From contig CBEVQO010000006.1 in NCBI GenBank assembly GCA_965552055.1, positions 1 to 64,000 on the forward strand: 64,000 nucleotides of DNA. The letters are read 5' to 3'. Below the pieces are notes generated by a model. That model searched no databases, was not told where the DNA came from, and saw only the letters and a program-made list of their open reading frames with translations. The number at the start of each line of letters is the position of its first letter. The stretch's first letter is position 1. The stretch is from an uncultured bacterium. Its GTDB lineage: Bacteria > Hydrothermota > UBA3073 > NMUJ01 > CBEVQO01. This document shows positions 48,123 to 57,779 of this stretch, one piece after another. Position numbers and translations under genes: made by a program.

Positions 48123-49760
48123 GATTAAATAATTTCCTCTTACTTCGTAAACGATGTTTATTACAGAGCCCCTGCGAATTAAATAAACTGCGTCCCCTAA
48201 ACCTTTCGCGATACATCTCTTAACAACACCCTGTCTGTCTTTTACACTGAATTTGACGCCTCCTTGAATTCTCTCAGGATAACTAATAACTTCAACACAT
48301 TTTGTTAAAAACAAAGGAGCTTCATTACCTTCTCCAAAAGGTCTCATTTTATCGAGAATTTCTATAAATTTGTCTGTGAAAATCGAAAAGTCGGTTTCAA
48401 GGTCGACATATAATTTTGGCTCCAAGTCTCTTTCACTTAAAGTTTTTTCTACATATTCCTTAAGTTTTACTTTAATAATGTTAAAGTTTTTTCTATCAAT
48501 GGTAAAACCGGCTGCCCTTGTGTGTCCGCCGAAGCTCAGGAAGAGCGGACGAAAGCGAGAAAGTGCACGCATGATGTTATAATCAGGAGTGCTCCTGCAG
48601 GAAGCCCTACCTACATCACCCTCAAAGGAGCAGAGCACAACCGGACGGTAAAATTCTTCACAAAGCTTACCTGCAACAATGCCTATCACACCGGGATGCC
48701 ACTTATCACTATCAGCAATTATTATCTTCTCAGAAGCAAGTTCCTCGTGTAATAACTTCTTCCTGAAATCGTTCATAATAGCCTCTTGTATTTTCTGTCG
48801 CTTTTCATTTTCTTTATTCAATCTATCAGCTATCGCTTTTGCACGCTCTTCCTTTTTTGTGCAAAAGAGACGCACAGCATCAATAGCATCATCGAGTCTT
48901 CCAAGGGCATTAATACGAGGTGCAAGAACATAAGAAACATAGAAAGTATCAAGAGTTCTACCGGATAAAGAAGTGACTTCAAGCAACTTACGGATACCCA
49001 AATTTTCACTGCACTCAATTTGTTTTAATCCGAATTTCGCAAAAAGACGGTTTTCATCAATAAGTGGACATACATCTGCAATTGTACCTATGCTAACGAG
49101 GTCCAGAAGTTTATAAAGATTTTTTTCATCGAAACCCGCTTCTTTGTAAACAGCTTGAAGCAATTTGAAAGCGACACCACATCCAGCGAGTTCCTTAAAA
49201 GGATAATCACATGTTTTGGGATTTATAATGGCATAAGCGGGTGGCAATGTATCTCCAGGTTCATGATGGTCGGTTATTATCACATCGACTCCCTCTTCCC
49301 TCGCCTTTTCCACCTCCCCCACATCCCTCACCCCACAATCCACAGTTATTATAAGGTTTACATAAGAAGAAATCTTTGACTTAATTTTTGAGAATTTAAA
49401 GCCGTAGCCTTCTGAAAGGCGATGCGGCACTACACAATAAGATTTCACGCCTAATTGCTCGATCCCGAGATAAAGAAGAGATGCTCCCGTTACACCGTCT
49501 GTGTCATAGTCACCGTAAATAACAATCTTCTCACCGCGCTTTACTGCCTCCACTATTCGCCGAGACGCTTTTTTCATGTCAGGAAATATATAAGGATTAT
49601 GCATCTGTTTCAAAGAAGGATTCAAAAAATTATAAATTTCTTCAGCTGACTTAAAACCTCTTTTCAATAAAATTTTTGCAATTTCTAAAGGTAAACTCAA
49701 TTCTTGGCTTATTTTCTTTATCTCTTCACGCCGGGGTACAGGTTTTAAAACCCATCTCAT
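48090..49760 (-). CDS. recJ: ssDNA-specific exonuclease RecJ
   Basis: YGDYDTDG, TVDCG, TDHH, GTIAD, PRINA.GR, GGH..AAG. Confidence 0.96.
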   Translation of the reverse strand: MRWVLKPVPRREEIKKISQELSLPLEIAKILLKRGFKSAEEIYNFLNPSLKQMHNPYIFPDMKKASRRIVEAVKRGEKIVIYGDYDTDGVTGASLLYLGIEQLGVKSYCVVPHRLSEGYGFKFSKIKSKISSYVNLIITVDCGVRDVGEVEKAREEGVDVIITDHHEPGDTLPPAYAIINPKTCDYPFKELAGCGVAFKLLQAVYKEAGFDEKNLYKLLDLVSIGTIADVCPLIDENRLFAKFGLKQIECSENLGIRKLLEVTSLSGRTLDTFYVSYVLAPRINALGRLDDAIDAVRLFCTKKEERAKAIADRLNKENEKRQKIQEAIMNDFRKKLLHEELASEKIIIADSDKWHPGVIGIVAGKLCEEFYRPVVLCSFEGDVGRASCRSTPDYNIMRALSRFRPLFLSFGGHTRAAGFTIDRKNFNIIKVKLKEYVEKTLSERDLEPKLYVDLETDFSIFTDKFIEILDKMRPFGEGNEAPLFLTKCVEVISYPERIQGGVKFSVKDRQGVVKRCIAKGLGDAVYLIRRGSVINIVYEVRGNYLILKDFDFLGFS

Positions 49761-50290
49761 CTCATACTATATTTGCATCCACAATACCTTTGCCTGTATA
49801 ATGAAAATTTTTTACTTAACTCAACGGATTTTTTAAATCCATCTTCTTTTTTAAAGTCATAAGATAAAAAAGAAAGGGAATATTCTTTTGCAATCCTCTC
49901 CCCCACTTCAAAAATCACTTTAGCATTTTTATGGGGACTTATCGTTAAAGTAGTTGTAAATTTTTTAATACCCAGTTCTTTACATTTTTCCGCTGTTTTT
50001 CGCAACCTTATTTCAAAACATATTTTGCATCTTTTGCCTCCTTCAGGCTCTTTTTCATATCCCCTTATCTTATTATCCCATTCCTCGTTATCCCATTCTC
50101 CCACAATTAGTTCAAAATCCATTATCTTTGAAAGTTTTAAAGCATTTTCTAACCTTCTATCATATTCTTCTTTTGGAAAAATATTTGGGTTATAGAAGAA
50201 AAATATAGGTTCAAATCCTTCTTTTCTCATTTTTTCACAAACCCATGTAGCACAGGGTGCACAGCACATATGAACTAAAACTTTATCCAT
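49757..50290 (-). CDS. queH: Epoxyqueuosine reductase QueH
   Basis: HMCCAPC, FYNPNI.P..EY, RC..C, YRQ.YCGC. Confidence 0.93.
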   Translation of the reverse strand: MDKVLVHMCCAPCATWVCEKMRKEGFEPIFFFYNPNIFPKEEYDRRLENALKLSKIMDFELIVGEWDNEEWDNKIRGYEKEPEGGKRCKICFEIRLRKTAEKCKELGIKKFTTTLTISPHKNAKVIFEVGERIAKEYSLSFLSYDFKKEDGFKKSVELSKKFSLYRQRYCGCKYSMR

Positions 50291-50652
50291 ACCTTAAGTA
50301 ATACTTTAATATAAAGTAATACTTTAACAATGAATCTTTCCTGTAATACTTTGCCGTTAACCTTTGTCACTTTTCCAAGAATGTCTTTAAACTTAATTTT
50401 CTCAATTCTGCAGGAATTATCACCACAGCATATTGCATAATCTTTGATTCTAAAATAATACCTGTGCAAAATTAAATCTCCATTCTTTTGATAAAGGATG
50501 ATGTCTCCCGGAAAAATTCGTGTTTTTTCGATTTCCACTTTATCACCATCGCTTATTAAAGGGGACATTGACCTGCCCTTAACTTCAATGGTAATTCTTT
50601 TAAGATTTTTTATTAACTCTGCAATTTTTTGCTTATTTCTGCCATCCAGCAT
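50275..50652 (-). CDS. S24/S26 family peptidase-like protein
   Basis: G.SMSPLI..GD, GDIILY, HR, GDN; start placed at MLDGRN. Confidence 0.8.
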   Translation of the reverse strand: MLDGRNKQKIAELIKNLKRITIEVKGRSMSPLISDGDKVEIEKTRIFPGDIILYQKNGDLILHRYYFRIKDYAICCGDNSCRIEKIKFKDILGKVTKVNGKVLQERFIVKVLLYIKVLLKVWIKF

Positions 50653-51617
50653 GAGCTTAAAGCTTTTCCCCTTAAATCTCCCGATTCTATAAGTGCAAGA
50701 CCGGGACATCTATTACAATAAGGTCTTAACTCACATTTTAAGCAATCTTTTAAATCTTCTGCTCTTATGTTTCTTAACATATTTAATTCTTTAGAGTTTT
50801 CCCAGATTTCTTCGATTTCAGTATCTCTTATATTTCCACAAATTAGAGGCATTTGTATACAGGGTTTTATTTCACCGAAGGGTGTTATTGTGAGCGTGGT
50901 GATACCTGCACCGCATAATAAGTTTTCATTGTCTTCAAATTTATTACTGCATCTTCTTAAAATTTCTTCATTCTGTTGCGCTAACTTTATTATAGCCTTT
51001 TGCGATGCTCTGTATTGTAAAGGTGAGTTATCACCATTATCTTTTGGGGTTATAAGTGCATCAACCTGATAATTTATCTTCAAATCCTTTGCAAATAAAA
51101 TTAAGTTTTCAATCTCATCTATGTTATATTTTGTAATTATGATTTTAAGTGTGATATTAAAATTATTTTCTTTCAACAATTTTATCGCTTCCATTGTTCT
51201 ACGGTGTGAGCCCTTTACACCAGTTATTTTTTCATGGGTTTTTTCTTTAAAACCGTAAATGCTGATTCCAATTTCCACTGGATGAATTTCTTTTAATTTT
51301 TCAACGATTTTTTCATCTATCAATGTTCCGTTTGTTATCACATAAATTGCCATTTTTTCTTCTCTTAATTTTCGTGCAATTTCGAAAAAATCTGTATAAA
51401 GTAAAGGTTCACCTCCAGTTAAAGTAACACTTAAAGTGCCTAATTTTCGCAATTTTTCTATTAATTTAAACCATTCTTCTAATGTCAATTTTTTACCTTT
51501 TCTCCTTACAACATAACAATGTTTACAATGAAGGTTGCAATCATAAGTTAATTCAAAAGTTGCTTTCACCGGAATTTTATTCCTGTAGGCAATCTTATAA
51601 AGTTCGTTTATAATCAT
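50613..51617 (-). CDS. Radical SAM/SPASM maturase (PqqE-like)
   Basis: CNLHCKHC, TGGEP, CGAG...G...PC, C..C.....C.RCPG. Confidence 0.9.
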   Translation of the reverse strand: MIINELYKIAYRNKIPVKATFELTYDCNLHCKHCYVVRRKGKKLTLEEWFKLIEKLRKLGTLSVTLTGGEPLLYTDFFEIARKLREEKMAIYVITNGTLIDEKIVEKLKEIHPVEIGISIYGFKEKTHEKITGVKGSHRRTMEAIKLLKENNFNITLKIIITKYNIDEIENLILFAKDLKINYQVDALITPKDNGDNSPLQYRASQKAIIKLAQQNEEILRRCSNKFEDNENLLCGAGITTLTITPFGEIKPCIQMPLICGNIRDTEIEEIWENSKELNMLRNIRAEDLKDCLKCELRPYCNRCPGLALIESGDLRGKALSSCWMAEISKKLQS

Positions 51618-51702
51618 CAGATATAATAATCGAGTTATAATTTTGGCAACATTTTAATTGACAAATTTGTAAGATAAATAAAAAATAATAACAGGAGGGG
51701 AA
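51618..51702. promoter_or_regulatory. Divergent promoters
   Basis: Minus: TTGCCA 51649-51644, N15, TATTAT, 5 nt, ATG 51617. Plus: TTGACA 51658-51663, N15, TAAAAA, then AGGAGG RBS. Confidence 0.7.
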
Positions 51703-52830
51703 ATGTTACAAAGTTTTGCAAGAAGTTTGGGTGAAGGACGGATTGAGAAGTTAAGAGACGGTACAAAAATTTTTATTCTTTCTCATTTTGGAGGCAATCC
51801 CGTTGTAAAAGATGAGCATCTCGGGATAGAAGGAGCGGTTTTTAATCCAGGTGCCTCACTCTTTGAAAATAAAGTAATGCTGTTGCCAAGAGTACACTGG
51901 GGATATCAAAAGAAAAAAGTATTTGACGAAAAATTGGGAGTCGAAAGATGGATAATGGAAAATTATATCTCACAGGTATGGGTGCTTTATAGCGAAGATG
52001 GCAAAAATTTCAAAAGGTATGATAATGTCGTGATAAAGAGTGAAGAAAAAGATTTTAAGTATGGGATTGAAGATATAAGGATTGTAAAATTTAAAGATTT
52101 CTATTTGCTTTGTGGATGTGGTAAACTGATTCCTCCCTTTAAAGGTTCGGGTGGCGATAGAGTTGCTATTTACACAACAAGGGATTTCAAGGAGATAAAA
52201 TATCACGGGATAATAAAAGAATTCGATTCAAGGAATGCTTTTCCTTTTCATCGTGAAGTCAATGGCAAACTTTTAATGTTTTTTAGATTCCATCCGAATA
52301 TTCATCTTTGTGTACTCGAAGAGGGAATTGAACAACTTTTGAATCCGGAGAAATATTCAAAATTGTATCAAAAAATTTTTGAAGAAAGAGAAAAAAGTTT
52401 GCTGATAAAAGCAGGTGAATTTCCTCATGAACATGAGAAAGTAGGAGCAGGTGTTCCTGTAATAGAAACCGAAAAAGGATTTTTATTCATTTATCACGCA
52501 GTTGGTGAATATCCAGAGGAATTATGTGAAATTTATGGAATTAAAGAAAGAATAAAAAGAGGTTATTCTATCTGTGCTGCTTTACTCGATCCTGAAAATC
52601 CCCAAAAAGTGATAAAAAGGACGAAATATCCGATTTATATCGCGCACAAACCCTACGAATTATTTGGCGGAGATGGCTTTGAAGTGGATGTTCCTTGTGT
52701 TAATTTTCCCGTAGGCTATGTCCAGATAGGTGACAAAATTTTACTGTATTGTGGTGCCGGTGATAAATATGTTGTGCTTTTAAGTTTCAGTTTGCAGAAG
52801 CTCATTGACTACTTATGGAATTTGTCGTAG
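51703..52830 (+). CDS. GH130-like glycosidase/phosphorylase (DUF377)
   Basis: AVFNPGA, GIEDIR, KVGAG.P.IETEKG.L.IYH, V.FP.G, YCGAGD. Confidence 0.85.
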   Translation: MLQSFARSLGEGRIEKLRDGTKIFILSHFGGNPVVKDEHLGIEGAVFNPGASLFENKVMLLPRVHWGYQKKKVFDEKLGVERWIMENYISQVWVLYSEDGKNFKRYDNVVIKSEEKDFKYGIEDIRIVKFKDFYLLCGCGKLIPPFKGSGGDRVAIYTTRDFKEIKYHGIIKEFDSRNAFPFHREVNGKLLMFFRFHPNIHLCVLEEGIEQLLNPEKYSKLYQKIFEEREKSLLIKAGEFPHEHEKVGAGVPVIETEKGFLFIYHAVGEYPEELCEIYGIKERIKRGYSICAALLDPENPQKVIKRTKYPIYIAHKPYELFGGDGFEVDVPCVNFPVGYVQIGDKILLYCGAGDKYVVLLSFSLQKLIDYLWNLS

Positions 52831-53675
52831 AGTTAAAAAATGTGAAAAAATATTTTAATGACATTAAGGCAGTTGATGGTTTGAGTTTTTCCATACCGAA
52901 AAATACATGTTTTGGTTTGCTTGGACCTAATGGCTCGGGTAAAACAACAACTTTAAGAATGATACTGGGGATATTCATGCCGGATTCTGGAGAAATAAAA
53001 AGGGGCTTTAAAACCGCTGGTTATCTGCCTGAAGAAAGAGGACTTTATCCCAAGATGAAAGTTTATGAGATAATAAACTTCTTTTCCATGATGTTCGATG
53101 AGCCTCGAAAAGTTCGCAGTAATGCTGAAAAATGGCTTGAAATAATGGAGTTAAAGGAGTATGAGAAGATGGCAGTAAAAGAGTTATCAAAAGGACTTGC
53201 ACAGCGTTTACAGCTTGTAGTTACATTAATGCATGACCCTGATTTTATAATACTTGATGAGCCATTCTCGGGACTTGACCCCCTCTCTGTTGTGCGTCTG
53301 AGAGAAATAATAAACGATTTAAGGAGAGAAAAAACGATACTAATTTCGACTCACTGGATGGACCAAGCGGAAAAACTCTGTGATGAAATTTGTCTGATAA
53401 ATAAAGGTAAAGCAGTTTTAAAGGGAAAATTAAAAGAAATCAAAAGAAATTATCGCACAAACAAAATTTATGTGGAACTGGAAAATGAAATAGATTTTTC
53501 AAATTTTAATTTCATAAACTCTTATCAAAAGAGAAATTCGGGTTATTTGATTGACATAAACGAAAACTTTAATATAAATGATGTTTTGCTTAAACTGGCT
53601 AAAAATAATAGTTTAAGGAAATTTGAAGTTGTTGAACCGTCACTTGAAGAGATATTCATAAAATGCGTCAGTTAA
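52815..53675 (+). CDS. ABC transporter ATP-binding protein (NatA/YhaQ-like)
   Basis: GPNGSGKTT, GYLPEERGLY, LSKG, LDEPFSGLDP. Confidence 0.93.
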   Translation: MEFVVELKNVKKYFNDIKAVDGLSFSIPKNTCFGLLGPNGSGKTTTLRMILGIFMPDSGEIKRGFKTAGYLPEERGLYPKMKVYEIINFFSMMFDEPRKVRSNAEKWLEIMELKEYEKMAVKELSKGLAQRLQLVVTLMHDPDFIILDEPFSGLDPLSVVRLREIINDLRREKTILISTHWMDQAEKLCDEICLINKGKAVLKGKLKEIKRNYRTNKIYVELENEIDFSNFNFINSYQKRNSGYLIDINENFNINDVLLKLAKNNSLRKFEVVEPSLEEIFIKCVS

Positions 53676-54856
53676 AAGCGATATTTCTGCGTGAATTCCG
53701 GGAGCAGGTTAAAACAAAAAGTTTTAAATGGTTTTTAATCTTGCCAGTAATAATAGCCTTGATAGTGAAAATTGCGACTACAAGAGGAGAAGCCTTTTCT
53801 TCTATCTTTCGTAAGATTTTTTCCTCCTGGTTTAAACAAAAAATCATCGGAGTGGTTGATAAAACAGGTAAAATAAATCAAAGTGAATTTGAACTTAAAG
53901 GATATCGCTTTATTGTTGGCGATAGTGCATATTGTGTAAAAATGGTAAAAAATGGCAAATTCAAAGGATTTTTAATCATGAATGAAAATAAAGTAACCTT
54001 TTTCACACCGAGACCCTCGGATTACGATGATGTGGATAAAATCAAAGAGATAGTGAATTACTTGCAAAGGGTCAGTAGAATGAAAGAGATAGGATTATCC
54101 GATGATAAGATAAGATGGATACTTGAAAAGCCTGATTTCATTGTAAGGAGTATAAAAGGTCAAGTTAAGGAAACAGGTGTGCTTTTCACTGCGTCTTATT
54201 TCATAACTTTTATTCTATTTTTCGCAATTACTTTTTCTGCACAGATACTTGCTCATACCGTAATCGAAGAAAAAATAAACAGGGTAACAGAGTTAATATT
54301 GCCTCATTGTAAAATAAATCATTTATTGATGGGCAAGCTTTTTGGCGTGATGCTCGCTGTTTTTATCATCTTATTTGTATGGCTTATTTCCGTTTATTTC
54401 CTGTTTCGGTCGCTAATCAATTTTGTGTTTTCGGGGTCTTATTTGTGGCTCTCTTTAGTTTGTTTCATACTCGGGTATATCTTTTACGGGACGCTTATAA
54501 TGGCTTTTGCTGCTCCACTTGATAACGAAAGAGAAGCACATCAATCTGCTTTGATACCAATGTGGCTTATGATAGGAGCATTTTATCTCAATATATTTTA
54601 CATCGTAAAATCACCCGATACAAATTTATCTTTTATTTTTTCACTTATTCCGTTTTTCACACCGATAGTGTTGCCTGTTCGCATTTTCTTAGTGCAGGTC
54701 TCACCCATTCACATTGTCCTGCCGCTTCTTTCACTGGCTATCTTTGCAATTCTAACACTCCTATTTGCGAGTAAAGTTTATAGGGTGGCGATTTTTATGT
54801 ATGGTAAAAAGCCAAGGATAAAAGAGATATGCTCAATCCTCTTTCGGAAATTTTAA
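53663..54856 (+). CDS. ABC transporter permease (NatB/YhaP-like)
   Basis: VIEEK..R..E, GK..G, S.IPFF.P. Confidence 0.88.
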   Translation: MRQLKAIFLREFREQVKTKSFKWFLILPVIIALIVKIATTRGEAFSSIFRKIFSSWFKQKIIGVVDKTGKINQSEFELKGYRFIVGDSAYCVKMVKNGKFKGFLIMNENKVTFFTPRPSDYDDVDKIKEIVNYLQRVSRMKEIGLSDDKIRWILEKPDFIVRSIKGQVKETGVLFTASYFITFILFFAITFSAQILAHTVIEEKINRVTELILPHCKINHLLMGKLFGVMLAVFIILFVWLISVYFLFRSLINFVFSGSYLWLSLVCFILGYIFYGTLIMAFAAPLDNEREAHQSALIPMWLMIGAFYLNIFYIVKSPDTNLSFIFSLIPFFTPIVLPVRIFLVQVSPIHIVLPLLSLAIFAILTLLFASKVYRVAIFMYGKKPRIKEICSILFRKF

Positions 54857-55206
54857 AGAAATATAATCTATCACAAAAAGAACTCGCTCAAAAAGCAGGA
54901 GTATCAGAAGCTGCTATCTCTCTCGCAAAATCGGGTAAGACAAAAATCCCAAAGAAAGTCATTAAATTTTTAGAAGAAAACTACGGGATAAACAGAAAAT
55001 TACTGGAAAGGGCACAGGAAGCTTTTATCGAGGAAGTTAAAAAGAAAAGAGGAATTAAAGAAAAAAATCAAATAATAGAAGAAATCGTGACTTCTTTAAA
55101 GAATATGGAAAAAGAAAAAATTTTATCAATATTGAAGGAATTTCTGAAAATGCTGAGCGAAAAAGAATTAATGAACTTTCTTTCGCTTTTTTTAAGAGAA
55201 AAATAA
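54829..55206 (+). CDS. XRE-family HTH protein
   Basis: LSQKELAQKAGVSEAAIS...SG. Confidence 0.8.
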   Translation: MLNPLSEILKKYNLSQKELAQKAGVSEAAISLAKSGKTKIPKKVIKFLEENYGINRKLLERAQEAFIEEVKKKRGIKEKNQIIEEIVTSLKNMEKEKILSILKEFLKMLSEKELMNFLSLFLREK

Positions 55207-55226
55207 ATATGATAGAAAAACTTTAC

Positions 55227-55261
55227 TTGACAAATCAGGATTTTTATTATTAATATTGGCT
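55227..55261 (+). promoter_or_regulatory. Promoter of the cysC-polysaccharide operon
   Basis: TTGACA 55227-55232; TATTAA at N15 or TAATAT at N18; ATG 55262. Confidence 0.55.
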
Positions 55262-55846
55262 ATGGGTGGTGTTATCTGGATAACAGGCTTACCTGGTTCC
55301 GGTAAGACGGCGATTGCCCGTGCTATATGCGATATGCTGAAAAATGTGGGCGAAAAAGCAGAAATACTCGATGGTGATGAAATAAGGCGACTAATATCTT
55401 CAGAACTTGGTTTCTCAAAGGAAGACAGAATATTGCACAACAAAAGGGTGATTTATATCGCAAATTTGCTTTCGAGAAACGGTGTGTGGGCGATTATTTC
55501 TTTAATCTCTCCTTATAAAGAGGTGCGTGAATTAGCGCGAAAAACTTTTCCTAATTATCTGGAAGTTTACATTGAATGTCCGATAGAATATTGTGCTGCG
55601 AGGAACTGGCGTGGACTTTTTGAGAAGGCGTTCAAAGGAGAGATAAAAGGGTTAACAGGATATGATGCTCCTTATGAGCCTCCCGAAAATCCAGATGTTG
55701 TCGTTTATGCAGATAAAGAGCTTCCAGAAGAAGGTGCACAGAAAATATTCCAAAAACTGGTAGAAAAAGGATGGGTTAGCCCTTATAAACCGGAAGAGGA
55801 AGAAGAAATTAAGAAACATTTGTCCGACCTTGGATATTTGGGATGA
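55262..55846 (+). CDS. cysC: Adenylyl-sulfate kinase with acidic LGY C-terminal tail
   Basis: WITGLPGSGKT, LDGD..R, LGFSKEDR, ISPY, TG..APYE.P..P. Confidence 0.93.
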   Translation: MGGVIWITGLPGSGKTAIARAICDMLKNVGEKAEILDGDEIRRLISSELGFSKEDRILHNKRVIYIANLLSRNGVWAIISLISPYKEVRELARKTFPNYLEVYIECPIEYCAARNWRGLFEKAFKGEIKGLTGYDAPYEPPENPDVVVYADKELPEEGAQKIFQKLVEKGWVSPYKPEEEEEIKKHLSDLGYLG

Positions 55847-57072
55847 AAGTTTTTCTCCTTGGACTCGATGGTGTTCCATTTTCCCTTTTAAAAAAATTTG
55901 TAGATAAAGGGATTTTCGAAAATTTTAAAAGTTTATTAAACGAAGGTGAAATAAGAGAATTGATTTCATCCCTCCCTCCTGTTTCGAATGTTGCATGGAC
56001 TTGTGTTTTAACTGGCAGAAATCCCGGTAAACATGGAGTTTATGGATTTATCGATAAAGACGGAGACAATGTTTATATTCCCTTTTCAAATCATATTAAA
56101 ACCGACACAATTTATCATATTTTGAGTAAAGCAGGTAAAAAAATAATTTCTGTTAATGTGCCTCCCACCTATCCCCCATTCCCCATAAATGGTGTGCTTA
56201 TATCGGGCTTCATGTGCACAAAACTCGAAAAAGGAGTTTATCCAGAAGAATTGTTACCAAAATTAAAAGAATTAGAATATAAAATAGACCCAGATGTATC
56301 ACTGCCACACAAAGGAAAGTTTAAAGAATTTTTAGAAGATTTAAACAAAACTTTTGATGCAAGGATAAGAGTCACAAAATATTTGCTTCAAAATTATGAT
56401 TGGGATTTCTTCCATCTTCATGTAATGGAAACAGATAGAATTAACCATTTTTTCTTTGAATGGGGAGAATATAAAGAAGATTTTGAAAATTTTTACAAAA
56501 AGGTGGATAATTTCATTGGCGAATTAAAGCAAATCTTACCTTCAAATACAAAATTGATTATAATGTCCGACCATGGTTTCTGCAAAGTAGAAAAGGAAGC
56601 AGATACAAATAAGTGGCTTATAGAAAAAGGTTTTCTGAAGCTAAAAGAAGGAGAGCAAATGAAATTGAATTATACAGATGATTCAAAAGCAATAAGTTTG
56701 ATTCCCGGAAGGTTTTATATTTTAAAAAATGAAGGGACAAAAGAAGAACTTAAAGCAAAGCTTGAGGAATGTGATTTTATAGATAAAATTTTTGATAGGG
56801 ATGAAGTTTATTGTGGTAATGAGATAAAAAGAGCCCCGGATTTTATCGCTTTACCTGTGAATGGAATCGACCTTAAAGCATCACTTAAAGAGAAGGAAAA
56901 AGTTTTTTCCGATACTATATTTAAGGGAATGCATACTTATGAGGATGCATTTTTTTACATCAACGATGAAATAAAGGTAAATAAAGTAAAAATTTATGAC
57001 CCTGCTGCAACCGTTTTAAGGCTTTTCGGGATAGACATTCCGGCTGATTTTGACGGGAAATGCGTATTTTAG
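55843..57072 (+). CDS. Alkaline phosphatase superfamily protein (type I phosphodiesterase/nucleotide pyrophosphatase)
   Basis: LGLDG, S.LPP.S..AW....TG.NPGKHG, DR..H, SDHGF, GMH. Confidence 0.88.
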   Translation: MKVFLLGLDGVPFSLLKKFVDKGIFENFKSLLNEGEIRELISSLPPVSNVAWTCVLTGRNPGKHGVYGFIDKDGDNVYIPFSNHIKTDTIYHILSKAGKKIISVNVPPTYPPFPINGVLISGFMCTKLEKGVYPEELLPKLKELEYKIDPDVSLPHKGKFKEFLEDLNKTFDARIRVTKYLLQNYDWDFFHLHVMETDRINHFFFEWGEYKEDFENFYKKVDNFIGELKQILPSNTKLIIMSDHGFCKVEKEADTNKWLIEKGFLKLKEGEQMKLNYTDDSKAISLIPGRFYILKNEGTKEELKAKLEECDFIDKIFDRDEVYCGNEIKRAPDFIALPVNGIDLKASLKEKEKVFSDTIFKGMHTYEDAFFYINDEIKVNKVKIYDPAATVLRLFGIDIPADFDGKCVF

Positions 57073-57779
57073 TGATAATACCAACTTATAATGAGAGGGA
57101 GAATTTACCCAAAATAATAAGGAAGATACAAAATCTCGGGATAAAAAATCTGGATATTTTGATAATAGATGATAATTCGCCTGATGGTACAGGCAAACTT
57201 GCTGATGAATATTCGCATAAATTTAAGAATATTTTTGTAATTCACAGGGAAAAGAAGATGGGACTTGGTACTGCTTATAAAACGGGTTTTAAATATGCGA
57301 TAGAAAAGGGATATGACTATGTTTTTGAAATGGATGCTGATTTATCCCATGACCCTGATGATATTCCTCGTTTTTTAAAAGAAATACGGAGAGTCGATTT
57401 AGTGATAGGTTCGCGATATTGTAAAGGTGGGAAAGTTGTTAACTGGCCGAGTTCCCGCAGACTGTTATCTTTTCTGGCAAACTTATATGCAAAAATTTTA
57501 ACAGGCGTACCCATAAACGATATGACATCGGGCTATAAATGTTACAGGAGAAAAGTAATAGAAAATTATGACTATGATAAATTACGGGCAGAAGGTTATG
57601 GCTTTCAAATTGAGACGGTTTTTTATGCCTTTAAGAAAGGTTTTAAATTAAAAGAAATTCCAATAATTTTTCATGATAGAGTTGAAGGCAAATCCAAGCT
57701 TGGCAGGAAAATTGTCTATGAAGCATTTTTCAGGGTTTTGTCTTTATGTTTGCATGATAGAAGATGGTTAGTGCGATAA
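57060..57779 (+). CDS. Polyprenol monophosphomannose synthase (GT2)
   Basis: IIPTYNE, DDNSPDGT, MDADLSH, GSRY, GY.FQIE. Confidence 0.92.
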   Translation: MRILVIIPTYNERENLPKIIRKIQNLGIKNLDILIIDDNSPDGTGKLADEYSHKFKNIFVIHREKKMGLGTAYKTGFKYAIEKGYDYVFEMDADLSHDPDDIPRFLKEIRRVDLVIGSRYCKGGKVVNWPSSRRLLSFLANLYAKILTGVPINDMTSGYKCYRRKVIENYDYDKLRAEGYGFQIETVFYAFKKGFKLKEIPIIFHDRVEGKSKLGRKIVYEAFFRVLSLCLHDRRWLVR

